A stretch of DNA of 64,000 nt. Source: Perkinsela sp. CCAP 1560/9. Taxonomy: Eukaryota > Protista > Euglenozoa: Kinetoplastea. Positions 1-9,706 of this stretch are shown one piece after another. The notes under the pieces are model-generated. The model was not told where the DNA came from. It was given only the letters and a program-made list of their open reading frames with translations, and searched no databases. Numbering within the stretch: position 1 is the first letter of the stretch; each line of letters begins with the position of its first letter. The stretch covers positions 186,001 to 250,000 of the forward strand of contig CBFFSA010000002.1 in assembly GCA_965644495.1 (NCBI GenBank), in the 5' to 3' direction. Both the position numbers and the translations under genes were made by a program.

Positions 1-475
1 CTAGAAATGAAGAAAACCCGGATTGACATGTACAAGAATAGTCTTGTTGAGGAATACGATTATTCAAGACCACAATATACATCGCCCGAATATGCGAGTA
101 GGGTATTCCCGCTGCGGCAAGAGATCCTAAAGCATTCTGTTCAGCACAGCCTTTTAGTATACCGCGAAGAATGGAATTTGTGATAAAGTTCTCGGAAGCA
201 TAATTTGTTGACTCTCGCATTGAAAATTTTGAGAATTTGCGTTCTGTTTTGGAATAGTGCTCATTGATAGCTTTGTGCAATGAATGATTAATGCCAAAGA
301 GAAAATTTCTTGCGGAAACATCCGAGTGCAGGTGCGGAGTTTTTAACGACTTCGAATCGACCGAGAACTGAAATTCTGAATTCGACGATTTGCACTCACT
401 GTACTCCAATCCACATAGTACATATTGTGGGTGCCTTTTAGCTCCAGAAGATTTATTTTCATGCCTTAAGTTCAT
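1..475 (-). CDS. Partial ORF (runs off the left edge), possible cytidine-deaminase-fold protein
   Basis: Manual translation from ATG 475 is open to base 1 (MNLRHENK...ILKGCAEQNALGSLAAAG...). CAExxA resembles the CDA zinc/catalytic motif. No PCxxC is inside the window. Not in the ORF track. Confidence 0.4.
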   Translation of the reverse strand, partial: MNLRHENKSSGAKRHPQYVLCGLEYSECKSSNSEFQFSVDSKSLKTPHLHSDVSARNFLFGINHSLHKAINEHYSKTERKFSKFSMRESTNYASENFITNSILRGILKGCAEQNALGSLAAAGIPYSHIRAMYIVVLNNRIPQQDYSCTCQSGFSSFL

Positions 476-1025
476 GTTAGTATGAGTTTTCCGGCTTTGT
501 ACATGACAATCGTGGGATAAAGGAAAACGTAGTTCAGAAAGCGACAGATTCTTTATTTTAGCTTCGATATGACGCCATACGTTTGTGGTCGGGAACTGCA
601 TCACATTGTTGGATTGGACTTCTTCACAGTTTCAAAAGCACAGTACGCGAATATAGTTCATTTCATAGGTTTCGGAAACCCCACTTTTTCAAAAGTAAAG
701 CTAACTTCGAAAATTAATTTATAAGGTGACCCGACGACGTTTCACAGCAGTTTTCATTCAATGAGTGCGCCAAAAAACATGCTAGTGTTCTACTTTGAAA
801 AAGTAAAAAATAATCATACATATTGCGTAAAACAAATTCATACAATATAATTAGCGGACACCCGCCTTCCTCCACTCTTTTACCGCGGAGGATAGTATTG
901 CGTACGTATGCAAAAATTCAATCGAGGTCAATCGAAGTTGTATTGTACAATCTAATAGTCGTAAAAAAGGACATCAAGCGTATTGAAACGGAAACATCAA
1001 TTACTATGTGAAATAGCGCATCGCA

Positions 1026-1988
1026 CTAAACCTCATCATCTGGAATGTCTTCATCTTCCACCATTTTACCTGTGTGTTCATTGTACCATGGTACGGGCGT
1101 CTTCGTGTCCACATATTCTTCTGTCGCCTCCGTATCACGTTTCTTTTTTCTCCTCTTTCTTCTTTCTGGGGCAAGAAATGCTTGTCCTGTTTCCATGGCA
1201 ATATCTTCCTTGCGAGGTTGTGGTAATGGTGGAAAAGTTGTGCGCTCTTCAAATTTCCTCTTTTCTCGCTTGCGCCTTACTTTTGCGCCAGGACCTTCCG
1301 CGTCCGGCTTATCGGTATTGTCGTCTACACTCTTCGGATGTTTTGTTTTCTTTTGATGGGCTTTCCGGTACGTAGGGAGAAACCTTGACCAGTCCTCGTG
1401 AGCTAAATCCTCCCTAGAAGATAATTCTTTCAAGATCATCAGGCGTTTGAGACCATACACAGGATGGATGTTCCGCATCGTATCCAAAACAATGCGACGA
1501 ACTTGCTTAATCCCTTTTTCAGGACCCATCACAGACACAGTTTTTCCTTGAACAAAAACATAACACTCTGTCAAGATTTCTAAGGTGCGAAGCGTTTGAC
1601 CATTGGGTCCCACGAGCCTGTCTCGACGCTTCACAAATCTTTGTGTGTTGTGTACAAGATTGCCAATCTTTATTATATCATAGGACATTTCGTCGCGAAA
1701 TATATTCTGGGCCTGCGAGAGGGGTACGCTACGAGCAAGTAAACGAATGAAATCTCTGGCCTGTAATATTGCAAGAGGGTCGAAAGTTTTACGTGTGGTT
1801 TTTACTGTCATGGAGCCCTCTATAAGATTTAGTTCGCCCCTAATTTCGCAAGCACGAAGGACATTCTGAGCTTCATTCCACAGAGAACGGAGATGTGACT
1901 CTAAGTAGGAAGGGAACAACGTAGTAAATGATGACTCCTCAATACAGCAACCTTGACCCTTGGGAAGGTCTTCTCTTGTAAGCTTCAT
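1026..1988 (-). CDS. KRR1: KRR1 small-subunit processome KH-domain protein
   Basis: EESSFTTLFPSYLE, EGSMTVKTTRKTFDP, RFVKRRDRLVGPNG, NIHPVY, WSRFLP, FPPLPQPRKED; first ATG at 1988. Confidence 0.95.
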   Translation of the reverse strand: MKLTREDLPKGQGCCIEESSFTTLFPSYLESHLRSLWNEAQNVLRACEIRGELNLIEGSMTVKTTRKTFDPLAILQARDFIRLLARSVPLSQAQNIFRDEMSYDIIKIGNLVHNTQRFVKRRDRLVGPNGQTLRTLEILTECYVFVQGKTVSVMGPEKGIKQVRRIVLDTMRNIHPVYGLKRLMILKELSSREDLAHEDWSRFLPTYRKAHQKKTKHPKSVDDNTDKPDAEGPGAKVRRKREKRKFEERTTFPPLPQPRKEDIAMETGQAFLAPERRKRRKKKRDTEATEEYVDTKTPVPWYNEHTGKMVEDEDIPDDEV

Positions 1989-2967
1989 CAAAATGGACGA
2001 ATTCCTCAAAAAATGAAGTGCAGAAAAATATAGTTGTATTTGCAAATATGTAGGACAGAAGTGTCACCCATGGAATAAGATTATGTTATGGTGAAGAATA
2101 AAGTGTTCAAACGGATGAGAACATGAAAATGGTTGGTGAAAGGGAACTGGTTGAAAGTGTACATTATTTGTTCAATCCCACCAATTAGACTATTTATAAA
2201 TATGATTATAATAATTGTTTTTGACCTAATGGCGAATCAAAGTTACTACACCCCCGTTCTTGCCTTTTTGAAACTGTTCCATGTAGATGCATTGTTCATA
2301 TTTTAGGAAGACAATGTGCGGAAAATGTTCCTCTAGTGGAGCATAACTCAGGAAAAATAGTTAAAAACTTTCGGAATCGAATTAAAAGCATTTTTCCGGT
2401 CCTCTCAGCACTGTTCCCCGAAAGTACGTTTTTAAATTACTTAAAATAGATTGACGTAGCTCTCTGGGGAATAGTTTCATTATTTTAGAACGGGGGTCAT
2501 TATTTTAGAACAAATCTGCGATTTGTTCGATCTTATTCTATATTTCGTGCATGAATTGGCAGCATTGCTCTGATCTCGTGTACTGACAATTGGTCATATA
2601 CGGTTTTAGCAGCAACGAGAGAGAGAGAGGGACCCTCTCCATTGTTTAGCGAATTGTAAGCTTGTATACCAACATGTGGGACGCGCTTAAGACCATGCGC
2701 CGCTGTTTTTCCCCCCAAAACCGACTCTAATAAGCGGGCAACTCTAGCCTAGAGTTGAGGGGGATACCTGTTTGCCAATGTTTTTAAGCCTTTTGAACAT
2801 AAACACTCATACAACCGCATTCGACCCAAAAGCCTCATATCGATTCGTGTATTATTTATGAGTGAACACATAATAAACGGTAGAGCAAGGAAGATTAAAA
2901 GACGTTCCATAACACTGTATAAGACAAAAAATGCTTTACATTTTGTCGGAAAACGTACGAAAATATT

Positions 2968-3444
2968 TCAAGAAATAGTTCGACGTCTGAAAAATCGAGA
3001 AGGATCGTCAAGCATGCGAGAGGGTATTTGTGGATGAGGCTTAGTGAGCAAGCAGTGCTTGATTTGTTGAACTTGTTGCACTGCTCGAATAGGGTCTGCT
3101 CTCTTGAAAGGCAAAAGTTTTTTGTTATCATATAAGCGGAACAATGGAGTTCGCCTTTCACTCGTTTGAAGGCGGCTTGTATGAGTGGGTAAATGTTGCA
3201 ATGGGGAACGAACAGGCAAATAGTCAAGAGAATTGCGGGATCCATCTGTGGCTTCTTGCCATGTGCGGCGGACGTCAACCCCATCTCCCACACTATGTAA
3301 ACGGTGATATTTTTGATACTTAGCATCACACATAGTACGACGATTTCGTTCAATACGCTTTGGGCCATCAAAGTATTTTTCCATGTGGCGAGTGATATTA
3401 ACCCTGTTGTGCTTGCGTAAAGGACCGGTGTACCAGGAAGGCAT
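2968..3444 (-). CDS. Hypothetical basic protein
   Basis: 158-aa R/K-rich ORF from ATG 3444 on the coding strand; no recognised motif. Confidence 0.5.
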   Translation of the reverse strand: MPSWYTGPLRKHNRVNITRHMEKYFDGPKRIERNRRTMCDAKYQKYHRLHSVGDGVDVRRTWQEATDGSRNSLDYLPVRSPLQHLPTHTSRLQTSERRTPLFRLYDNKKLLPFKRADPIRAVQQVQQIKHCLLTKPHPQIPSRMLDDPSRFFRRRTIS

Positions 3445-3811
3445 TTGCAAAACAGATACCGGTAAAAAAATATGTCTTCAATGAATAATCTGATGTTTTT
3501 CAACATCAGACAAATCAAAGATAACCCAAGTCAAGAGTAAGATAAGTCAAAGGTAATCCAGCAGCACGAGCTGCATAGAATGTGCGTGTAAAAAGAAAAT
3601 CTGTCAGCAACTTTAAATATGAGTACTAAAGAAAACTAATGCAAAACAGTAAGCCAGAATACATTTTCGCTCCGTGTGAAGCATTCAGCTGGTTGTTGCT
3701 AATTCACGTGTGGCATTTCACGAAAAAACATTCTTCTTCGTATTAAAAAACATACCAAAGAGTTTTTCTAGCCAATCGATTCGCTCTACTGTCTGATCAA
3801 TACGCACAATA

Positions 3812-3976
3812 TTAATTCATACATGGTTGATTCGAAGATAGAGCAGCATCAAGAAGTTTCTGTCGCACTTTAGAAACCTCACTATTTGTGTCTTTAACCT
3901 TCTTGTGAAGCTTGGTGACGGTACGACGAAGATTTCTTTTGCGACCTTTGCGCTGCTTACCCAGTCTTCCGGGCAT
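3812..3976 (-). CDS. Small basic 54-aa ORF
   Basis: MPGRLGKQRKGRKRNLRRTVTKLHKKVKDT...; on the polycistron strand, below the ORF-track length cutoff. Confidence 0.35.
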   Translation of the reverse strand: MPGRLGKQRKGRKRNLRRTVTKLHKKVKDTNSEVSKVRQKLLDAALSSNQPCMN

Positions 3977-4286
3977 GATATGTTAAGACAAAGAAATTTA
4001 ATAATTAGTTTAGCAGTAATAAAACATGATAGGAGATATTCACAGCAATAGCCTTTTGATGTTTCTATAAATTCTATATTTCTTATCCTATGATTCTCGC
4101 TGTGCAGATGATAACGTTTCCGGACGCCATGGGCCCACTAGCACTGAGCAAAAGAAAAGGAATGAGGACGTACGTTCTATAGAAGTAACGGTGAAACTGA
4201 ACCAATATTCGCACTTTTCTCAATCTGGCAAAATTTTTACCTGAACGTTTTATCGCTCCTTTCTTTTATTCTGAATCATGGTTCTG

Positions 4287-4433
4287 CACATTAATTTTAT
4301 AAGCATTGTGTTTTTTGAATCCATTAGTACTTGTTTATTGCTCTTCTCACCTTTAACACATCACATTTCTCACATTAATTTTATAAGCATTGTGTTTTTT
4401 GAATCCATTAGTACTTGTTTATTGCTCTTCTCA
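4287..4433 (+). repeat. ~64-bp direct duplication in the Merlin 5' region
   Basis: CACATTAATTTTATAAGCATTGTG...GCTCTTCTCAC at ~4287 and ~4370. Confidence 0.9.
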
Positions 4434-4440
4434 CTTTTTA

Positions 4441-5399
4441 ATGACGTGCACTGGGTGCGGTGGGTTCTCGTGCCGTTCGAAACTTACGATCAGAAGAATT
4501 TCTTCCTGGAGTGAGAATCAATGTCTGGATTGGATGAAAAACCACTCTCTAGTGGCGCAGAAAGTTATTTGCTACAAGAAAAATCACAGAGCTCCGCACA
4601 CCATGGCATTAGTCGGGAATAAATGGGTCTGCACCAAGCATTGTAAAGGGAGGTACGGAGCTATGGGGCCGCTGTTGCCCAGCAAGAGCCAGCGAAGCGC
4701 TAAACAGACTCTCCTGTACATCGTTTTGTACTCTAGGGGTGGGAGCCATGCGTCTTCAGTGGCGGAAACGGAGTTAAGCGAAAAAACGGTGATTAAATTG
4801 CGTCAATGGCTGGATTCCCTCATGGCCACAGCGCATATACGCCGACGAGTTCGACTGCGATCCAAGGTGACCACAATGCAATGCGATGAAACTTTTTTTC
4901 TGTCCGAAAGAGGGGCGGTTGCCATCGAGCAAAACGTGTTCGCCAAGATGGTAATCAAATTGCTCAGACGATAGCGGTCACAACGAGGGACAACAAATTA
5001 TCTGAAATTCTCATGGAATCTGTTCCAAATCGAACATCTCAGAGCCTTCTTCCGAACATCCAGAATCTAGCTTCGGGAAGTCGTACAAAAATTTGGACTG
5101 ATGGTGCCCGCCATAATTTGTCTCTCCGCGGCAAATATAAGTAGGAAAGTGTAAACCACAAGAGACAGTGGGTTACGAATGAAGGTGTGCACACTAATAC
5201 TGTGGAGTGCGCGAACTCCATGGTCAAGAAGCGTCTAAAGCGGGACGGCAATGTTCTAGGTCGAAAGTTGGAGAAGAGGGGGGATCGAATACAAGCATAC
5301 GCAGAGGTATGCACCGGAAGTTTGAAGTGCAATGGGGGTGATACACTGCTTCAAGTCTTGCGAAATTTGAAGGAGCACTGCGTATGCCTCCATTTGTAA
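4441..5399 (+). pseudogene. Merlin transposase pseudogene
   Basis: Cys/His-rich N-terminus, QCDETFF, IWTDG, VNH...GVHTNTVE. Frameshift in the T run at 4893-4899 and in-frame TAG at 5142-5144. Confidence 0.88.
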
Positions 5400-5479
5400 G
5401 AAGTAATCAAGTTTAAGTGGAGAAAAGTTTAAAGTGTAAGCAAAAAGGGACGTGAAATTTTGAAAATTCATAAATTTGC

Positions 5480-5563
5480 GAATATTGGTTCAGTTTAACC
5501 GAATATTGGTTCAGTTTAACCGAATATTGGTTCAGTTTAACCGAATATTGGTTCAGTTTAACC
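5480..5563 (+). repeat. 4 x 21-bp perfect tandem copies of the right TIR
   Basis: GAATATTGGTTCAGTTTAACC at 5480, 5501, 5522, 5543. Confidence 0.97.
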
Positions 5564-5617
5564 GAAGTAACCTCTATATTTTTGTTTAAAGTAAAAGAGT
5601 CTGTATCTTAAACTACG

Positions 5618-6523
5618 TTACTGCAGTTTCTTTATTCGCGTCCCATGTACCAAAACACCCGTTAAGGAACAAGGAAGTAGAGATTCGTACATTCTACCAC
5701 GCAGTTCCTCATTGTTGGAAAGATTTAAGTGCGTCAGATTTTGTGGAAGTGCATCAAAATATGATTGACCCGAAAACAAATTTCTGTTCAAATCAAAAAC
5801 TCTCAATCCATCAGATAGTTGTCTCAAATCTAGCATTCCTTCCAGAGTATTGCGACTGAGGTTAAGCTCTGTCAGAGAATCTGGTAACTGACAAAGGCTA
5901 ATTTCACCAAACAGTTGATTGTGTGCCAAGTTAAGTACCGACATTGTTTCAGGTAGCTGATCTAAGTTGATGCTACATTTGAATCGATTCTGAAAACCTT
6001 TCAAGACCTTAAGGTGAGCGGGTAGTTCACTCAGGTTAATTTCACCCACAAAAGCATTGCGTGACATTTCAAATTGTGTTAGTTGCTCTGGCAGATAGCT
6101 AAGTGGCACTTCTCCAGATAAATTATTTCCATGAATCTGCAGAACAACAAGGGAAGTAGGCAAATAATTCCATGAAGGGATTCCTCTTATACCAAAGAAT
6201 CCCCACTCAATTTTCGCAACTAGTGCTTGCGCACTGCACTCCACACCTGTCCATTCACAAGCGGAAAAAGTCGTATTCCATGAACTGTGCCTGTTGCTGA
6301 TATTTTGAATAAATCTTGTAAGCTCATACTCTGGAGGCAGGCTTGTTCCACGAACTCTTCCTCGAGGAGCATAATCGGGTTTAAGCGTTTTTCTAAGAGA
6401 GACAGACGTACTCGGTGCTGCGGTACCAGCCTCTGTATCACTCTGTACCGTGTGATTCGTTTTTAATCTTTTGCGGGCAGGTTGACAAACATCATGAAAA
6501 AGAATCCGTGTCGTTGTGTGCAT
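5618..6523 (-). CDS. Leucine-rich repeat protein (plant-RLP-like N-cap)
   Basis: ACEWTGVEC cap followed by LxLxxNxLxGxIxLxxLP repeats. Confidence 0.9.
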   Translation of the reverse strand: MHTTTRILFHDVCQPARKRLKTNHTVQSDTEAGTAAPSTSVSLRKTLKPDYAPRGRVRGTSLPPEYELTRFIQNISNRHSSWNTTFSACEWTGVECSAQALVAKIEWGFFGIRGIPSWNYLPTSLVVLQIHGNNLSGEVPLSYLPEQLTQFEMSRNAFVGEINLSELPAHLKVLKGFQNRFKCSINLDQLPETMSVLNLAHNQLFGEISLCQLPDSLTELNLSRNTLEGMLDLRQLSDGLRVFDLNRNLFSGQSYFDALPQNLTHLNLSNNEELRGRMYESLLPCSLTGVLVHGTRIKKLQ

Positions 6524-6968
6524 TAAAATGTGTATATCGTATGTTTAGAAAACAGAAGTCAAGAAATCAGGAGACAAATTGTTAAGAAAACGGAATTTTC
6601 TTTTCGACTCTAATAATCAGATATCTTTTCGACTCTAATAATCAGGTTCTCTAACTGCAAGTATGAAGGTTGAAATTAACCTAAACGACACCCCCGTTCC
6701 CTCGTTTTCCCGGTACTATGTATGTGATTAAAGTACTGTTTGTTTGGGTCTAAAAAGGTGGTTGTATTTCTCCAACTAGTAGTTTCTCTTACTCGAGATT
6801 CGAACAAAAGACGCTATAAGCAACAAAAACAGTATAGAGAGAAAGAAAAATCAATAATATGAAACGTAAAAAGGGGTCCTAGTGCAACAGTGCCACTTAT
6901 CGCAGTTCGGAAAGATTAGGAGGGCTATTTACTACTTTATCATTACTTAGTAATAGTAGTACTTAATC

Positions 6969-8264
6969 CTATAATACCACTGAATTATGGCGAAGTACAA
7001 GGCGTGAATCTTGAATTTGTATAGTAGAACCGCTTGACAGAGAAGGTGTTTGGTTGTACCCCAGATGTGTAAACGTTTGTTGGCCCGGCTTAGATGAGAT
7101 AAACACAGGATATTTTCCATAAACAATGACGTGGTACGACTTGTTATTCCAAAAGACAGCGGCATGCATTCGGCTCACCTTACGCGAAGATTTAGTAGGG
7201 TTGTGTAAAGCAAGATTTAGGAAGGGCACAGAATAGGAAGATGAAAGATCAAGAGCCCGCTCATTCACTTGAGAGGTATATTGCCCTTGGAGTGGCTGGT
7301 CATTTTTTATCACATTTTTTGATTTTATTGTGTCATTATTTTCTGCTTTCTCCGGAGAATGCCTGCTAGAAGATTCATGTGTGGGAGAACAATTTTTCGA
7401 GGTTTGCGCAGCCAATATTTCTTTTCTTTCTTCTTTCCTACCTAGCACAGCATATGCGCGAAATTCCAGGAGAACAGTTCCTTTTTCATTAGTAATGTAT
7501 GCCCAAGGCGGGGGTACTTCTAAGCGAGTGAGTGAAGAGGCATATAGCACGGAGCTCTCTTGCCGTCTCCGCTTTTTCCTGGAAGACATTTCACTAAGAA
7601 GCTGTCTTTCTGGTGGGAGTCGGTACACCGGATTCACCTCCTCACTCTGAATCTCCTGGTCCTGATAATCTACGGAGAGTCCTGCGGCTTCACATAATTC
7701 GTTCCACGAGAGAGAAGCTTTTGCTGCGTCCGTATTGTCATTAGCGATAACATCAGAGTTATTGTTTATTGCGTTAGAGGATGGCTGACGTGTAGGACCC
7801 TCCGCAATGATGGAATCGTGAAGTTGCTTGAGTCGTTGAAAAGCAAGAAGTACCATGAAATATCCGGAGTGAGACATAAGGGCCCGGGCTTCAGAATTTT
7901 CTACTTTGCTTGCAACAGAAGCGACCATCTCAGCGATGTTTGCAGAAGTGACTTGATGTTTAATAGGTTTCATGCATAGAGAGTCACATAAAAGGGGATC
8001 TCTATGCAACATGTCGTGCATCCAGCCGAGTAAGCGCTCTTCAGATAAAAGTTGAACTGCGCCTGAGCTATCGGTTTTTAGGGTAAATTGATCGTGCTCA
8101 TCTTTGTCTTGAACGGTCAGGTCCTCAGACATTTCGATAAAGGACGACAACCTTTTGTACACGCCGAATTCGGTTGGTGTCCTATACATCAAAGGATTAA
8201 TCCGCTTAGCTTCGTGATTTGAAGATGCAACTGAGAGACAACGGGTCTCAGGATTAGAGCACAT
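6969..8264 (-). CDS. C-terminal FHA-domain protein (MCRS1-like architecture, tentative)
   Basis: VLGR ... VSRMHA ... LSSGSTIQI match the FHA GR/SxxH pattern, with a long insertion; first ATG 8264. Confidence 0.6.
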   Translation of the reverse strand: MCSNPETRCLSVASSNHEAKRINPLMYRTPTEFGVYKRLSSFIEMSEDLTVQDKDEHDQFTLKTDSSGAVQLLSEERLLGWMHDMLHRDPLLCDSLCMKPIKHQVTSANIAEMVASVASKVENSEARALMSHSGYFMVLLAFQRLKQLHDSIIAEGPTRQPSSNAINNNSDVIANDNTDAAKASLSWNELCEAAGLSVDYQDQEIQSEEVNPVYRLPPERQLLSEMSSRKKRRRQESSVLYASSLTRLEVPPPWAYITNEKGTVLLEFRAYAVLGRKEERKEILAAQTSKNCSPTHESSSRHSPEKAENNDTIKSKNVIKNDQPLQGQYTSQVNERALDLSSSYSVPFLNLALHNPTKSSRKVSRMHAAVFWNNKSYHVIVYGKYPVFISSKPGQQTFTHLGYNQTPSLSSGSTIQIQDSRLVLRHNSVVL

Positions 8265-8415
8265 ACTTTGAGTGAAATGCCAAAACAACGAAAGATTTAC
8301 CCTACAACATGGAGCTAAATAGAGCTCTATGACACCCTGCAGTACGCTAGTGCGAGCTTTAGAGAACGAAGATAAAATCAATCAAATATTAGTACATGCA
8401 TTCTCTCACTTGCTA

Positions 8416-9111
8416 TTATCTTCTACATTTCTCAAAATTTGGATCACACATCATCATAAGAAGAAGCAAAAAAATGAAACCAACAGCTAAACACCCTGTA
8501 GCAACCATTCGCACATTGTTCCACCACATTTTGCTACTCAGTGTTTTAGAACCATGCTGAAAATTTTCAGCTCTAACTTTGAGCTCACTTGTGCGATCCA
8601 TGAGCGTGTCGATGTTCTCCCCACGACTCAAAACAGCGTCAATATTTTCAAGCATTACATTTTTAACCTCATCGATTTGTTTCTTCACACTTGTGAGACG
8701 ATCCGTTCGAGGGTCATTGAAGTGATGAAGTTGTTGCTTCAGTGTGGGCAAAAAAAGAAGACTATGTCGCATAAGAGGAGCAGATGGCGTAAAAGACGAG
8801 ATGGGCCCACGACTTAACACTGCGCAGTGCGCACGGTAGCGACATGAGATGTCCTCAAGAAAGCCGAACACAACGCGGAGAGGGACTTGAGGTCCGCTGA
8901 TGCAGAGGTAAAAAAGGCCTTGCTCATGTAGGTAATGATAACACTGACCGTTCCATGTCCCACTGTTGCGATATTCCGAGTGCGGGAGGGAACGTAATAA
9001 TTGGGAATAAGATAAAGCGGAAGTCCCATGCATATCGCTCGTCGCTGAAGTCTCGCACAAGACCTCGCCGGACTCGGCTCCAATAAGAGTATGTGTGATC
9101 ACGTTGTCCAT
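8416..9111 (-). CDS. VAMP7: Longin R-SNARE, VAMP7-like
   Basis: Longin N-terminus, QIDEVKNVMLENIDAVLSRGENID SNARE motif, KMWW, C-terminal TM. Confidence 0.9.
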   Translation of the reverse strand: MDNVITHTLIGAESGEVLCETSATSDMHGTSALSYSQLLRSLPHSEYRNSGTWNGQCYHYLHEQGLFYLCISGPQVPLRVVFGFLEDISCRYRAHCAVLSRGPISSFTPSAPLMRHSLLFLPTLKQQLHHFNDPRTDRLTSVKKQIDEVKNVMLENIDAVLSRGENIDTLMDRTSELKVRAENFQHGSKTLSSKMWWNNVRMVATGCLAVGFIFLLLLMMMCDPNFEKCRR

Positions 9112-9706
9112 TTTATTTCTGTAATGGCGCGGCCCATAGAATCTTATCCGAGTGCACACATGTAGAAAAAGAATAATACTAAAGTAGCTGAGTATAGAAT
9201 GTAACGTACCACTCCCATCCTTCGTTCATTGATCTTAATCGTTTTGAAAATATAATTCACGTATAATTCACATCTTCATTTAATTAATGCATGATATGCC
9301 ATGCAATTATGTATGTAAGTCTATCACCCATCTAAAGAGGAGATTGTGAGTACGAGCGTTTCACACAGTTCTTGAATTCCATACCACATTTAATAAGCTA
9401 ACTCGTATATATTAGAGATATTTCGTGAGAATGTAAAACGTGAAATTCGGTCGATGTCAAAGAATTACACTTGTTAAATAAGTTTATAATTAAACTTATT
9501 TAGTTATAAATGGGTTATTGATGTTTAAGGCGATAATCAAACAGCTGTAAAAAAATACAAGACTCTATTGAAAACAACAACATAATTCATGTAAAATTTG
9601 ATGAAAATGATCCTTCCGTTCTTAACACGTTATTCAGAAGCCCACTTCACGATAATGATTAAAGATCAGTACAGAGATCTCTTTTGTTAAGAAATCTTCT
9701 CTTCTA

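Larger units (their letters stand above)
4190..5563 (+). mobile_element. Merlin (IS1595/ISXO2-like DDE) DNA transposon, full-length but inactive copy
   Basis: Left TIR GGTGAAACTGAACCAATATTCGC (4190-4212) vs right GCGAATATTGGTTCAGTTTAACC; 8-bp TSD GAAGTAAC at 4182-4189 and 5564-5571; GG termini; transposase motifs inside. Confidence 0.92.

Noticed and set aside
2248-2497. MITE bounded by ACCCCCGTTCT / AGAACGGGGGT
   Set aside because: Only an 11-bp match and no TA on the right side.
2895-3518. 207-aa ORF overlapping 2968-3444
   Set aside because: Non-ATG start and composition typical of an alternative frame; the overlapping frame is more protein-like.
5480-5563. CRISPR-like array
   Set aside because: Repeats are contiguous with no spacers and equal the Merlin TIR; eukaryotic context, no cas genes.
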